From contig JBLWTJ010000001.1 of assembly GCA_048270185.1 (NCBI GenBank), positions 992,001-1,056,000 on the forward strand: a DNA stretch of 64,000 nt, read 5' to 3'. The translations under genes were made by a program, and so were the position numbers. This document shows positions 45,825 to 56,091 of the stretch, in pieces. Numbering within the stretch: the stretch's first letter is position 1; each line of letters starts with the position of its first letter. The notes below the pieces were generated by a model, which did not search any database, was not told the DNA's origin, and saw nothing but the letters and a program-made list of their open reading frames with translations. Source of the stretch: Bacteriovoracaceae bacterium (GTDB lineage: Bacteria > Bdellovibrionota > Bacteriovoracia > Bacteriovoracales > Bacteriovoracaceae).

Positions 45825-47683
45825 TACCCGACGTCCCCAAGTTGTACGACAAAGTCAGACTTAATATTTATGCTATTATTTGTCTCATTTATAAGATCTG
45901 ACATATCGTTAATACAACTAAGGTCATTCTCCATTGCCTTAACAATGATGGAATAGATACGTTTAAGGATTGCCTTACGAGAAAATTCATCATTAATAGT
46001 ATGTCCACAGTCTCCATTAGGTAGTGTTACAATATCTTTATGAGACGTTTGTAATTCTTCCCCAGTCAGATAAAGTTCTTCGAATAGCTTCTCACCTTTC
46101 TTCATACCGGTGAAAACGATATTTATACTCTCAATGCTTTTTCCCATAGCAAGAGCAAGTCTTTCTACAATATCGAGAATATAAATCGGATCTCCCATCT
46201 TTAAGACACAAAGGGATGTATTTTCAGAAACTGTTAAGCTATTCAACACAAGGCCAACCGCTTCAGGTATTGTCATAAAATAACGCTTCATTCTCTTATC
46301 AGTGATCGTCACTTTTTCATTATTCAAAATTTGTTCCATTACAATTGGAATCAGTGATCCACTAGAACCTAAAACATTACCAAATCTAACGGCGCGGTAT
46401 TCGCAGGTGCTATCTTTTGAGTAACAAGCGAGTAGGATTTCACACAGACGCTTAGTTGCCCCCATCACAGATGTAGGATTAACAGCTTTATCTGTAGAAA
46501 TTAAAATGAAACTCTTAACAGGAAACTCTGTTGAGAGATCGAGTAAATTCTTAGTACCTAAAACATTATTAAGAATTGCCGCCTTAGGGTTCGCTTCAAC
46601 AAGAGCAACATGTTTGTAAGCAGCTGCATGAAAAATATACTCTGGACAAGATTCTTTGAAAGAAGCATCTAGGGCTTCTTTATTTGTAATATCAATCATT
46701 AGAGAAGTAATTCTTACGTTACCAAAGTTGAATGATTTTATCTCATTTGTGATTTTGAATAGATTGTACTCACAGTTATCAATTAGAATAATCTCTTGGG
46801 GTTGCATTAAGAATAGCTGTCTCACTAGTTCAGCACCAATGCTACCTCCTGCTCCAGTTATACATACTTTTGAGCCATAAATTTTCTCAGAAAGAATAGT
46901 TAAGTCTGCTTCAATAGGCTCTCGCCCAAGTAATGTGTTTAACTCTATTTTATTAACCTTAAAATTTTGCCCAGAGAAAAGGTTTGCTTCAGAGATTGTG
47001 ACAGAAAGCTTATTACATACCTCTTTTATTTCTTTAGATTTATTAAAGTAATTACAATCAATAACAATTACTTCCTTAATTCTATTCTCAACAATTACTT
47101 TTTCCAATTCATCAATTCGACCCAAAACCTTAAACTGACCTTTAACAAGACTTACGTCATAGTCATCAACAAAGCCTACAATCGTGTGTGACTCACAATT
47201 AACATGACTTGCTAAGGATACTGCCTTCTTATCACTTCCTAGGATGATCGTTCTTGGACAATGTTGAGCATAAGATCGATCAAATAGTATCTTTCTCGTA
47301 ACTCGTGAAAAGATCATAATAACAAGAGAAACAGAGAAAATATTGAATAGTAACTGTTGATCGAGATTGAAAAATAAATATAAAGAGACACAAGTTGCAG
47401 TTAGAGCTAAGATCGATTTTAAAATACTTAGAGGTGTTGTATGCCTCCAAGAGTCAAGATTGCTTTTAGTTAGTAAACTAAAAAGTACAAAAAGTGATGA
47501 AAACTCAAGGTAGTAATATAGGAAAGATTCATTTCTTAAAAAGCCTAAGATAACTAAGTATGAATTAATTATTAATAAATCGAAAATAGGCCTAAATAAA
47601 AAATTAATAACCACTGAGAAAATCAACTCATACCCCACTAAAATTGTTAAATAAATTTTAGCCATTAGAGATGAAGTTCTCAA
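45824..47683 (-). CDS. Membrane-bound UDP-GlcNAc 4,6-dehydratase (PglF/CapD/WbpM family)
   Basis: N-terminal TMs, TGAGGSIG, HAAAYKHV, STDKA, MGATKR, RFGNVLGSSGS, GEKLFEEL. Confidence 0.93.
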   Translation of the reverse strand: MRTSSLMAKIYLTILVGYELIFSVVINFLFRPIFDLLIINSYLVILGFLRNESFLYYYLEFSSLFVLFSLLTKSNLDSWRHTTPLSILKSILALTATCVSLYLFFNLDQQLLFNIFSVSLVIMIFSRVTRKILFDRSYAQHCPRTIILGSDKKAVSLASHVNCESHTIVGFVDDYDVSLVKGQFKVLGRIDELEKVIVENRIKEVIVIDCNYFNKSKEIKEVCNKLSVTISEANLFSGQNFKVNKIELNTLLGREPIEADLTILSEKIYGSKVCITGAGGSIGAELVRQLFLMQPQEIILIDNCEYNLFKITNEIKSFNFGNVRITSLMIDITNKEALDASFKESCPEYIFHAAAYKHVALVEANPKAAILNNVLGTKNLLDLSTEFPVKSFILISTDKAVNPTSVMGATKRLCEILLACYSKDSTCEYRAVRFGNVLGSSGSLIPIVMEQILNNEKVTITDKRMKRYFMTIPEAVGLVLNSLTVSENTSLCVLKMGDPIYILDIVERLALAMGKSIESINIVFTGMKKGEKLFEELYLTGEELQTSHKDIVTLPNGDCGHTINDEFSRKAILKRIYSIIVKAMENDLSCINDMSDLINETNNSINIKSDFVVQLGDVG

Positions 47684-47739
47684 TCGGGTAAATAAATCCT
47701 TAATGTATTAACTAACCTGATAAGCTATTATTAATAGGA

Positions 47740-48951
47740 ATGAAGAAGATATTTCTAAATAAAGGCCTACCTATTTTTAACACAATAGGAATTATTGCCT
47801 ACTCGCTATCTCAGTGGCTTATTATTAAGTTAATTAGTAACAAGTACCCGACTGGGGCCCTAGGGGACTACGCCCTTTCTCTTTCTTATTTAGCACCTCT
47901 AACATTATTCTTCTGTTTCTCATTAAGAAATTTTTTTAATAGTCATCATGAACAGATTACTATTTCAGATATATTCACACAGAGAGTCTTATCAATACTC
48001 GCCTATTTCCTATCTTCCTTGATAGCGCTATTAGTATTTATCCCCAATGTTGATAAGGTGGTCTTTATCATACTCATGCTAATACGAAGTGGTGACCTAC
48101 TTTCTGACCTTGCTTACACAATCAAGCAAAAGAAAAAAGATATAAGATATATCGGAACGAGTCTTTCATTAAAAAGCATGTTCATTATGATTTTATGTGT
48201 TCTTGCATATAGTAAAGCCGATTTAACAATAAGCTTCTTCTTAGTTGGAATTCTAAGTATTACAATTATCTTCTCAATTATTGATCTAAGTAATTCGATA
48301 GAAATATTTAAGTTTAAGACCGACGCCCTAAAGAAAATAACGATCCTAACAGTACCTTTGGCGCTCGCTTCTCTAGTAAACTCAGTAAATGCAAATGTTC
48401 CTCGATACTTTCTAGACTTTTTCTTTGATAAGACTAGTGTTGCTATATTTTCAACTTTCTTCTTTTTCTACTCTTCAATAATAGTCATTACTAATTCCTT
48501 CATCCAAGTATCTTTAAATAGACTATCCCTATCTCTTGTAAACCGTTATGAGGTAAACAAGATGATAAAATCTTACTTTCTCTTTGCGCTATTAACTTCT
48601 GCAACATTTGTATTATTCAATGAACTCACAGGGGAATATATTTATAAATTAATATTTGGAATAAAATATACGGAGTATGTTCATTATTTACGCTACTTGA
48701 ATATAATTATTCCACAAGCAATTCTAATTATACTTATCAATTACTTCGTAATAGCGCTAAAGGTATACAAAACGAGCTTTATCATTACTTCAATAACATT
48801 AATCGTTCACTTCGTTGCTGCTTATTTATTAATTAAAGACACAGAGATCACAGGAAGCTTCAATGCATTTATTATTTCTCAAATCTTTTATATTATACTT
48901 AACCTCATCTTAATTACTAATAAAGTTAGAGGGATAAGATATGAATCTTGA
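47740..48951 (+). CDS. wzx: Wzx-type oligosaccharide flippase
   Basis: About 12 TM helices, SQW..., G.Y.L, N.PRY; locus context. Confidence 0.8.
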   Translation: MKKIFLNKGLPIFNTIGIIAYSLSQWLIIKLISNKYPTGALGDYALSLSYLAPLTLFFCFSLRNFFNSHHEQITISDIFTQRVLSILAYFLSSLIALLVFIPNVDKVVFIILMLIRSGDLLSDLAYTIKQKKKDIRYIGTSLSLKSMFIMILCVLAYSKADLTISFFLVGILSITIIFSIIDLSNSIEIFKFKTDALKKITILTVPLALASLVNSVNANVPRYFLDFFFDKTSVAIFSTFFFFYSSIIVITNSFIQVSLNRLSLSLVNRYEVNKMIKSYFLFALLTSATFVLFNELTGEYIYKLIFGIKYTEYVHYLRYLNIIIPQAILIILINYFVIALKVYKTSFIITSITLIVHFVAAYLLIKDTEITGSFNAFIISQIFYIILNLILITNKVRGIRYES

Positions 48952-50143
48952 TTTGATAGAATTCAACTTCTACCTCTCTCTAATAATCATCATCCTTAAA
49001 TTAATCTTGAAAGGATGGAAGGATCATTTAACTTATTTTATCATTTTCTACTTCTTCTTTTCGATGGGCCCTGTTTTAAATATTTTAATCGGAAATGGTA
49101 TCTATTTTGGAACTCCAAAAGATTATATTCATATAGCGACAACAAACTTCCTATATGCAATAGCAACAATGTCCATCCTATCAGTCATTCTCAAGCCTAG
49201 AAATACAGTCATCGAAGAGGTAAAAGAGAAATTCCCCCTCTTAAACTGGGCGTTTATCTTTTTTATAGTCTTAGCAAGCTTTAATATCTTAAAACTAACT
49301 TCGATTGGATTAAGTATTGATAAAGTGACAAAAATTTCAATTATTGGAAACTCAATTCACTACAGTTATCTACTCCTTCAATTATTCCTAGTATCCTTCT
49401 ACTACCTATGTCGAAGCGGAAGTACAAAAAAACTCTATTTAATAAATTTTCTCACCTATATCGCCTATTGTTTAGTTACAGGTGAACGTGACTTTATATT
49501 CCCTTTATTTTCAATTGTGGGACACTTACTTATTCATCAAAGGACTAGTTTGAAGAAAAAGATCCTCCTAACATCATCTCTATCTTTATTAGGTATTGGT
49601 GGAACATTGATCTTTATCATGAGGGATGTAACACAAAAAACGACAAACTATGTCGAATCTTTCTTAAATCAAGGATCACTGCTTTTCGTAAATGCATTCA
49701 CAGCAAAACTGATTGATATTAAGTATAATTTTTTCTATGGAGAAACATACTTACAAAGTATTCTTAGTCTTCTGCCTAGTTTTATCTATAAGTCCTCATA
49801 TAATAATCTTGCATGGCTTAAAAATAATTATGCCCCAGGGGGAGATTCAGGATATGGTTTTGGACTTGATGCCGAAGGGTATATGAACTTTGGGTACTTT
49901 GGTGTTATTGCAACATTTGTTCTTATTGTTTTAGTACAAAGATTTTGTAACTATAATATTAATAAAGGAAATTTCTTTAAGTATTACAGTGTCTTTTTCC
50001 ACGGATTCACGATGTATTGTTTTAGGAATGACTCATTAGCATTTTTAAAAGGTAATCTTTACGCAGTTATATTCTATTTCATAATTATTCAGGCCAATAA
50101 TTTCATAACAAAACATACAGGCCAAGTAGGACCTCATGAGTAA
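48941..50143 (+). CDS. wzy: Wzy-type polysaccharide polymerase
   Basis: Multi-TM, G.R, YGETY, GFG..AEGYMNFG motifs. Confidence 0.8.
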   Translation: MNLDLIEFNFYLSLIIIILKLILKGWKDHLTYFIIFYFFFSMGPVLNILIGNGIYFGTPKDYIHIATTNFLYAIATMSILSVILKPRNTVIEEVKEKFPLLNWAFIFFIVLASFNILKLTSIGLSIDKVTKISIIGNSIHYSYLLLQLFLVSFYYLCRSGSTKKLYLINFLTYIAYCLVTGERDFIFPLFSIVGHLLIHQRTSLKKKILLTSSLSLLGIGGTLIFIMRDVTQKTTNYVESFLNQGSLLFVNAFTAKLIDIKYNFFYGETYLQSILSLLPSFIYKSSYNNLAWLKNNYAPGGDSGYGFGLDAEGYMNFGYFGVIATFVLIVLVQRFCNYNINKGNFFKYYSVFFHGFTMYCFRNDSLAFLKGNLYAVIFYFIIIQANNFITKHTGQVGPHE

Positions 50144-51371
50144 GCCTTTAAGAGTACTCCAAATTGTCAAAACTACAGATGGTGCAAGCTGGGCCCTTAA
50201 CCAAGTAAAATGTCTAATAAGTAATGGAATTGAAGTTCACATAGTTTTAAATAGCGAATCTGGTAAATTTTACGAAGACTGGCGAAACAGTGGTGCCACA
50301 ATACACATATTAGATTGTAAGCTTAGCCCTGTGTCTCCACTTAAAACGCTTAAATCCATTTACTCACTTAGAAAGATAATAAAGAAAGTCTCACCAGCTA
50401 TTATTCACAGTCACTTTTTTATTAATACTATCCAAATGCGACTGGCAACTTTTGGTTTAAATTTAGAGCGTGTATTTCAGGTACCTGGACCTCTTCACCT
50501 TGAACATATCATCTTTCGATATCTTGATTTATTAACAGCTAGAAAGAACGATCAATGGATCGCTTCATCAAAGCATATAAAAAACTTATACCTAAGAAAT
50601 GGGGTCGATGAAAGACGAGTTCACCTAAGCTATTATGGCAATGATTATAGTAATTTCAATAAAGTCGATAAAGCAAAAGAAGATGATACGATTCGTACAA
50701 AATATAATTTCACAAAAGATGATATTATCATAGGTAATGTCTGCTATATCTATCCTCCCAAAAGATTTATAGGTCAGAAAGTTGGCCTTAAAAATCATGA
50801 AGTGATGATTAAAGCAATTGAAATTGCAAGAAGAACAAACCCTAGGATAAAAGGACTATTTATAGGCGGAGAATGGGGAAACTCAACTGCTTATGAAGAT
50901 AGCCTCAGAGAATCAATCCCAATATCAGAAAAAGAAAATATTATCATTACAGGTAAAATACCTCCGAATGAAGCAGCAAAAGGCTGGATGAATATTGATT
51001 ATACAATTCATTTACCACTCTCTGAAAGCTGTGGAGGAGTAATTGAACCCCTACTCTCCCTTCGGCCAGTTATTACATGCCAAACAGGTGGTATCCCTGA
51101 AATTATCTTCGATAAAGAAACAGGCTATTTGACAAGTAGAGATAACCCGCAAGATGTTGCTAACAAGATTCTTGAGGTTATTAGTGATGAAGACAATGCC
51201 AACAAGTATACTTTAAAAGGAAAGAAGCTTGTCTTAGATATGTTTGATATTAGAAGAACTGCAAAAGAGATAGTGGAAATATATAAAAAAATAATTAATC
51301 TTGATAACTCATATGAAGAATACTCTTCAAAAGAATATCTAGATAGGATGAAATGTAATGAAAAGATCTGA
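50136..51371 (+). CDS. GT4 glycosyltransferase
   Basis: IIHSH, K.H, SESCGGVIE, GGIPEII...TG. Confidence 0.88.
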   Translation: MSKPLRVLQIVKTTDGASWALNQVKCLISNGIEVHIVLNSESGKFYEDWRNSGATIHILDCKLSPVSPLKTLKSIYSLRKIIKKVSPAIIHSHFFINTIQMRLATFGLNLERVFQVPGPLHLEHIIFRYLDLLTARKNDQWIASSKHIKNLYLRNGVDERRVHLSYYGNDYSNFNKVDKAKEDDTIRTKYNFTKDDIIIGNVCYIYPPKRFIGQKVGLKNHEVMIKAIEIARRTNPRIKGLFIGGEWGNSTAYEDSLRESIPISEKENIIITGKIPPNEAAKGWMNIDYTIHLPLSESCGGVIEPLLSLRPVITCQTGGIPEIIFDKETGYLTSRDNPQDVANKILEVISDEDNANKYTLKGKKLVLDMFDIRRTAKEIVEIYKKIINLDNSYEEYSSKEYLDRMKCNEKI

Positions 51372-52749
51372 TTTTTTGAAATTCATTGGAGTAGGACTTG
51401 CTCTTCCAGCACTTGGAAGATCCCAACCAAAGCAAAGTCAGGCAAACAATAAGAGAATTGACGATATCACAAATTATGGTGCAATTAGTGACGGAAAAAC
51501 TGATGTAACAAGTGCGATAAGAGACTGTCTAAAAGCTAACTCTAGTGCCTTTATCCCTATGACTGCAAAAGGTTTTATTGCAGGGGGAATCATTTTAAAA
51601 GAATCCAAAATTTACGGTTCTGGTGTGCTTATTCGATCAAAGAAAGCAGATTATACAATCATGACGAAAGGAAAGAATTGTATTGTTGAAGGTCTAGTAT
51701 TTAAGTCAGCAAACGGTAATTATAACAATGGTGTTTCAGATATTAATATAGGAGAAAGTAGTCATAGCGTCCGAATTCATAGCTGTAAGTTCGAAAGTGA
51801 CCACTATTGTGCTATCTCTGCAGATAAGAATGCTGAAAAAGACCTAAAGTTAACATATAAGTCTCCAGTGAAAGAAATTATTATTTCTAAAAATATTTTT
51901 GCTGGTAATTATTCAAGGGCACTCTACTTACATAGCGCCGAGGAACTTATCATTTCTGATAATATAATCAAACAGACTCTTTTTGATGGGATTCGATTAA
52001 GACAAAGAATTAAAAAGTGTATTATTTCAAAGAATATATTTAATAATATTGGAACAAAGAAACATACAGACTCACAAGATGCTATTGATACGTACTGGAG
52101 CGGAGAAGAACTCATCATTAGTGATAATATCATTAAAAACTGCTCTAAAAATGCAATCGAAGTTAAAGGAGTATCCCCTGACAGTACAGGTGCAACTGGT
52201 AAAGTTATTATAACTGGAAATGAAATATTAAATACTTCCTATAGTGCGATTCATATCTCTTCTGGCGCTAGTAAGTCAATTACAGTAAAAGACTTCATCA
52301 TTGCAAATAATATTATTAAGTACTCTGGTACCGCAAAAGTGAGCAAAGGTAATGCTGCCATTTTCATTAGACATGGAGTTGAGAATCTTAATATAAACTC
52401 AAATATAATTTCTTCAAATAACTCACGTGGAATCTTCTTGGCCAATATAAAAAAAGATAATGAGATAGTGAAAAATGTTACGATAACGGCCAATAATCTT
52501 ATCGATAATGGTAATGAAAATGAAGGTTATGCAATCCTAAGCTCAGGTGTTGAAAATTGTAATATCTACGCAAATAATATCGATAATAAGAATGGACAAC
52601 AAAAAGTAGCAATCGCAATCACAGACCAGAAAGGAAGTGAAAGCACGGCCATCATTAATGGAAATATAATAAGATCAAATAAAAAAGAATCAATTCTATA
52701 TAATAAAAAGAATAAAAAAATATTGGTTAACAATAATTTGATTAATTAA
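51358..52749 (+). CDS. Exported right-handed beta-helix (pectin-lyase fold) protein
   Basis: Tat-like leader MKRSDFLK, YGAISDGKTDVTSAI, repeated IISDNII/IISKNIF coils. Confidence 0.8.
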   Translation: MKRSDFLKFIGVGLALPALGRSQPKQSQANNKRIDDITNYGAISDGKTDVTSAIRDCLKANSSAFIPMTAKGFIAGGIILKESKIYGSGVLIRSKKADYTIMTKGKNCIVEGLVFKSANGNYNNGVSDINIGESSHSVRIHSCKFESDHYCAISADKNAEKDLKLTYKSPVKEIIISKNIFAGNYSRALYLHSAEELIISDNIIKQTLFDGIRLRQRIKKCIISKNIFNNIGTKKHTDSQDAIDTYWSGEELIISDNIIKNCSKNAIEVKGVSPDSTGATGKVIITGNEILNTSYSAIHISSGASKSITVKDFIIANNIIKYSGTAKVSKGNAAIFIRHGVENLNINSNIISSNNSRGIFLANIKKDNEIVKNVTITANNLIDNGNENEGYAILSSGVENCNIYANNIDNKNGQQKVAIAITDQKGSESTAIINGNIIRSNKKESILYNKKNKKILVNNNLIN

Positions 52750-53258
52750 TCAATTTTCTTATAAATTAAAACAGAACCGAGGGCCGTAACTAGAATTCCT
52801 AACACAGATGTATACCATGCCCTATTCTCATAAAAACGTTCTTTTCTAAGATAGACAACATCACCTGGCTGAAGTTGGAAATTGTGGCTATTAAAGTCTC
52901 CACCACTACTCAGATCAAACTCAATAGTCTTTAGGTCGCGTCCCGCCTTACGTGTAATTTTAACATCTGTTAAGTTAGCATCACCGGTTGCTCCGCCGGC
53001 CAAAGATAGGCCACTAATTAAGCTTGTCCCCTTTGGCACAAAGTGAAGACCAGCTGATTTAACCTCACCCCAGAAATTAGTCGGTATAAGTACTTCATTC
53101 TTCACTGAATTTGAAAAGTAAAGTGAACCAGACTTCTTCTCTAGACCTTTGACTTCTGTTGGCAGAACAATTGAATTTAGGTCAATTTTATTGGCCGCAT
53201 GTGCTAAAGGACCTAGGAATAAATTTGCTACCGTTAAGATAATAGTGATCAACTTCAT
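52746..53258 (-). CDS. Short SLBB-domain polysaccharide export (Wza-like) protein
   Basis: WGEVKSAG, LSLAGG, LQPGDVVY and C-terminal helix; only 170 aa. Confidence 0.75.
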   Translation of the reverse strand: MKLITIILTVANLFLGPLAHAANKIDLNSIVLPTEVKGLEKKSGSLYFSNSVKNEVLIPTNFWGEVKSAGLHFVPKGTSLISGLSLAGGATGDANLTDVKITRKAGRDLKTIEFDLSSGGDFNSHNFQLQPGDVVYLRKERFYENRAWYTSVLGILVTALGSVLIYKKID

Positions 53259-53286
53259 GAAAATATCTTAATCAAACAAATAAAGC

Positions 53287-54765
53287 TTAGCAAGAAACTT
53301 TTGCTATTTCAGGGGCCATCCCAAGGTCTTTCGCATCATGATAAAAGACTTTAATTTCATCATGAGAGTAGATTCGGTCATCAATAAGATAACAAGCGAA
53401 ACAAGAAAGAATAAGCATGAAGACGGAGACTAAAGCACTCAATAATATCAACAACTTAGTAGTGAACTTCTTATGATCTTCAATTTTTGGATTAAGTATG
53501 TTGAATGTGAGGTAGTTTTGAATTGAGTTCAAATTATTCTGTGCCTCTCTAAGCTTTGACCTTAGATCAACAATTGTAGTCTTCAAAGGATTTAGTTGAT
53601 CATTTGTGATCGTATTAAGATTCTTATCCTTTAATAATATATCTCTTTGGATTTTATTCTCTTTAATCTGAAGAGTCAGTTTATCAATTAAAACAGTGAG
53701 TGTTTTCTTCTTCTGGATTAGCTCAGGAATTTTCTCAAGCTCAATGCTTTTACTCTTCTCATCATCTGTAATTGCTGCATCACTTACATTTAGTTTTTTA
53801 AGTTCATTTGCTAAAGAGTATCTCTGTTTCTTGAGATCATTAATAAGAGATGAGTTTTCTTTGTAAGAACCAGACTTAAGTAATTCGATATTTTTAGATA
53901 GATCAATAATTTGTTGTTCAATCTCCCCTTTCTTACGAATAAGAGATCGGTCTGAACCTGAGAAGTTAATTTTCTTCATATTCTTGTAGAATTTAAGATC
54001 TGAGTTTACAGAAATCAATAACTCACTATTCTTAGCAAGACTTTTTTCCTGCTCTCTTATGACCTCATCTAAATCAGCAACTCTTTCATCAGCACCAACT
54101 TTAATCACACTATGATTATCAACAAGTTGTTTCTCGTGTAATTCTAGTTCTGATTGAAGTTTTTCAATTCTTTCCTTTGCTAAGATAAAATTTGAATTAT
54201 ACTTTGTACTTTTTAAATTCTTAACAATTGCATCTTGAATAATTAAAGTCGTAAACTTATTAGTACCTCTAGTGTATAAAACATAACCTCCGTAGCGAGG
54301 GCTCTGTTTAACACTATAGCTTTCATGGATATTCTCAGCAATGAATCTTACGATACATTCTTTATTATATGAGCAGTATTTATAAATCGATTCAAGACTA
54401 TGCTTCTCACCTTCTTCATTTTGAATAATCAGTTCCTTAATATCATCTGTCGCCATTAATTCCTGGGCCACACTCAACTTAAAGTCCCATCTTTCAACAA
54501 GAGAACGATAGGTTTTAATTTCGTCAATCTTACTTAGGCCAATGATCTCAGCAAATCTTGACTCCTTGCTTGAGTTCTCGAAAATAGAGTTGAAATGTAT
54601 TTCTCTGACATAATTCTTATCTTGGTTAATATAGAAAGTAAGTAAAGCACCAACGCTCAGTAGAATACTCAATAAATTTATTGGCCAGTATCTACGCATG
54701 AGAGTGAAAAAAAGAGAGAAGTTGATAACAGAATCATTATTTAAGAGTAGTCTAAGCTTTCTCAC
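53287..54765 (-). CDS. Polysaccharide co-polymerase (Wzc/GumC-like TM and coiled-coil module)
   Basis: Two TM helices flanking a long coiled coil; DDRIYSHDEI...LG.. P tail. Confidence 0.75.
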   Translation of the reverse strand: MRKLRLLLNNDSVINFSLFFTLMRRYWPINLLSILLSVGALLTFYINQDKNYVREIHFNSIFENSSKESRFAEIIGLSKIDEIKTYRSLVERWDFKLSVAQELMATDDIKELIIQNEEGEKHSLESIYKYCSYNKECIVRFIAENIHESYSVKQSPRYGGYVLYTRGTNKFTTLIIQDAIVKNLKSTKYNSNFILAKERIEKLQSELELHEKQLVDNHSVIKVGADERVADLDEVIREQEKSLAKNSELLISVNSDLKFYKNMKKINFSGSDRSLIRKKGEIEQQIIDLSKNIELLKSGSYKENSSLINDLKKQRYSLANELKKLNVSDAAITDDEKSKSIELEKIPELIQKKKTLTVLIDKLTLQIKENKIQRDILLKDKNLNTITNDQLNPLKTTIVDLRSKLREAQNNLNSIQNYLTFNILNPKIEDHKKFTTKLLILLSALVSVFMLILSCFACYLIDDRIYSHDEIKVFYHDAKDLGMAPEIAKVSC

Positions 54766-55478
54766 TTGTTACCTTCTTTTACATATACTATTCCACCAAG
54801 CTCAACCCCTAAGGACTTCAAGTAATTTGTATTCTTTTTAATTAAGCTTAATCTTGTTTTACGCTCTCTTACAATAAAGTCGCAATGTGAGGAGAATAAA
54901 AGAGGAGTTCTTGCATCAACTCCTAGGTCTTTTAATTCTTTATCGTCTAGCATAAATATAATTTTATCAAAGGCAAACGTTATTTGATTCATAACACTTG
55001 CTAACTCACTTGTATGATGAACAAATTGCGAAAGAAAATAGCTATAATTCAAAGTAGAAATATTATCCGAAAGTTTTTTAAGAGCTAACGATTTCTTATT
55101 AACATTATTAAGAGGTAGTATAGATTCATTAATTGAAATATCTTTAAATCCATCCCCTATATCACTATAAGATATAACCAAGACTTTCTTATTAAAACAA
55201 ACATCAATACAGCTCATAATTGAAAGAACAATATCTTCAAGCTTAGATTTATCAATTAAACCAACGATTGTTGAAACTTTGCTTTGAGGAGTAGTGTCAC
55301 TAATAACTTTAGACATACTTAATAGGTCTTTGCGATTTTTAATTCGATAGAAAATCGAGCTTAGGTCATACTTTTTATCAAGAGAATCTTGGATAATATT
55401 CTCATTTAAATGAGAGTACTCACCTCGATTATGGCTATTCTCTAAGACTAAGATTTTATTCTTCAAACTTCTTGTCAT
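54762..55478 (-). CDS. Degenerate BY-kinase-like (CapB/Wzc kinase fold) protein
   Basis: C-terminal FIVRERKTR....L..LGVELGGIV matches BY-kinase ends; Walker A GK(S/T) not found. ATG at 55478 after GAGG. Confidence 0.55.
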   Translation of the reverse strand: MTRSLKNKILVLENSHNRGEYSHLNENIIQDSLDKKYDLSSIFYRIKNRKDLLSMSKVISDTTPQSKVSTIVGLIDKSKLEDIVLSIMSCIDVCFNKKVLVISYSDIGDGFKDISINESILPLNNVNKKSLALKKLSDNISTLNYSYFLSQFVHHTSELASVMNQITFAFDKIIFMLDDKELKDLGVDARTPLLFSSHCDFIVRERKTRLSLIKKNTNYLKSLGVELGGIVYVKEGNK

Positions 55479-55647
55479 GTGACCTCTTGACTTAACAAAA
55501 ATCAAATTTCAATTCATTATACATAATATTTATTAACAAAGCATTAAGATGGTAGTTAATTCCCCCTCCTACAAGGCCTCCAGGAAAAACTGAGGAACAA
55601 ATTGCCATGGGGCGAAAATTAAATTTTATTGTGATTAAATAACGAAG

Positions 55648-56091
55648 ATGAATGAAATAAGTTTACCGAAAAAACAGATAGATATAGATTTCACTAGGTT
55701 TACATCTAGTCTTGGACTATTCATATCAAATAATTCATCTGATCTAGTTCAGTGTTTCTTTAGTGGATACAAGAAGACGTCAAAGCCCGAGTATTCTAAG
55801 AATAAGGTTTACTCGATCTATGAAATTACTCCCCTAGTTAATACTCTTGCTATAACAAATAACATTATCGATTTAAATATTGATAGTCGCTTAACTGAAA
55901 ACGAAGTCTCTATTTCAATGGCCATCGTGCTGGACTGGCAACCACAGCTTAAAAAGTTTGTCACAATTACAATTGATGACGTTCATATGCTCCTTGATGA
56001 AGAACTCAATTATATAAAAACGAAAAAGTTTAAAGAAGATATTACTAAGTTCTACCATCGCATGCTTTATACTAGAGGTACGAATGAATAA
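55648..56091 (+). CDS. Hypothetical protein
   Basis: 147-aa ORF overlapping the PilZ gene start. Confidence 0.6.
   Translation: MNEISLPKKQIDIDFTRFTSSLGLFISNNSSDLVQCFFSGYKKTSKPEYSKNKVYSIYEITPLVNTLAITNNIIDLNIDSRLTENEVSISMAIVLDWQPQLKKFVTITIDDVHMLLDEELNYIKTKKFKEDITKFYHRMLYTRGTNE

Noticed and set aside
55545..55620. c-di-GMP-I riboswitch or canonical ops/JUMPstart
   Set aside because: Lacks the GGCAAAC/GAAA P2 stem and the GGCGGTAG core; kept only as an unspecified structured patch.
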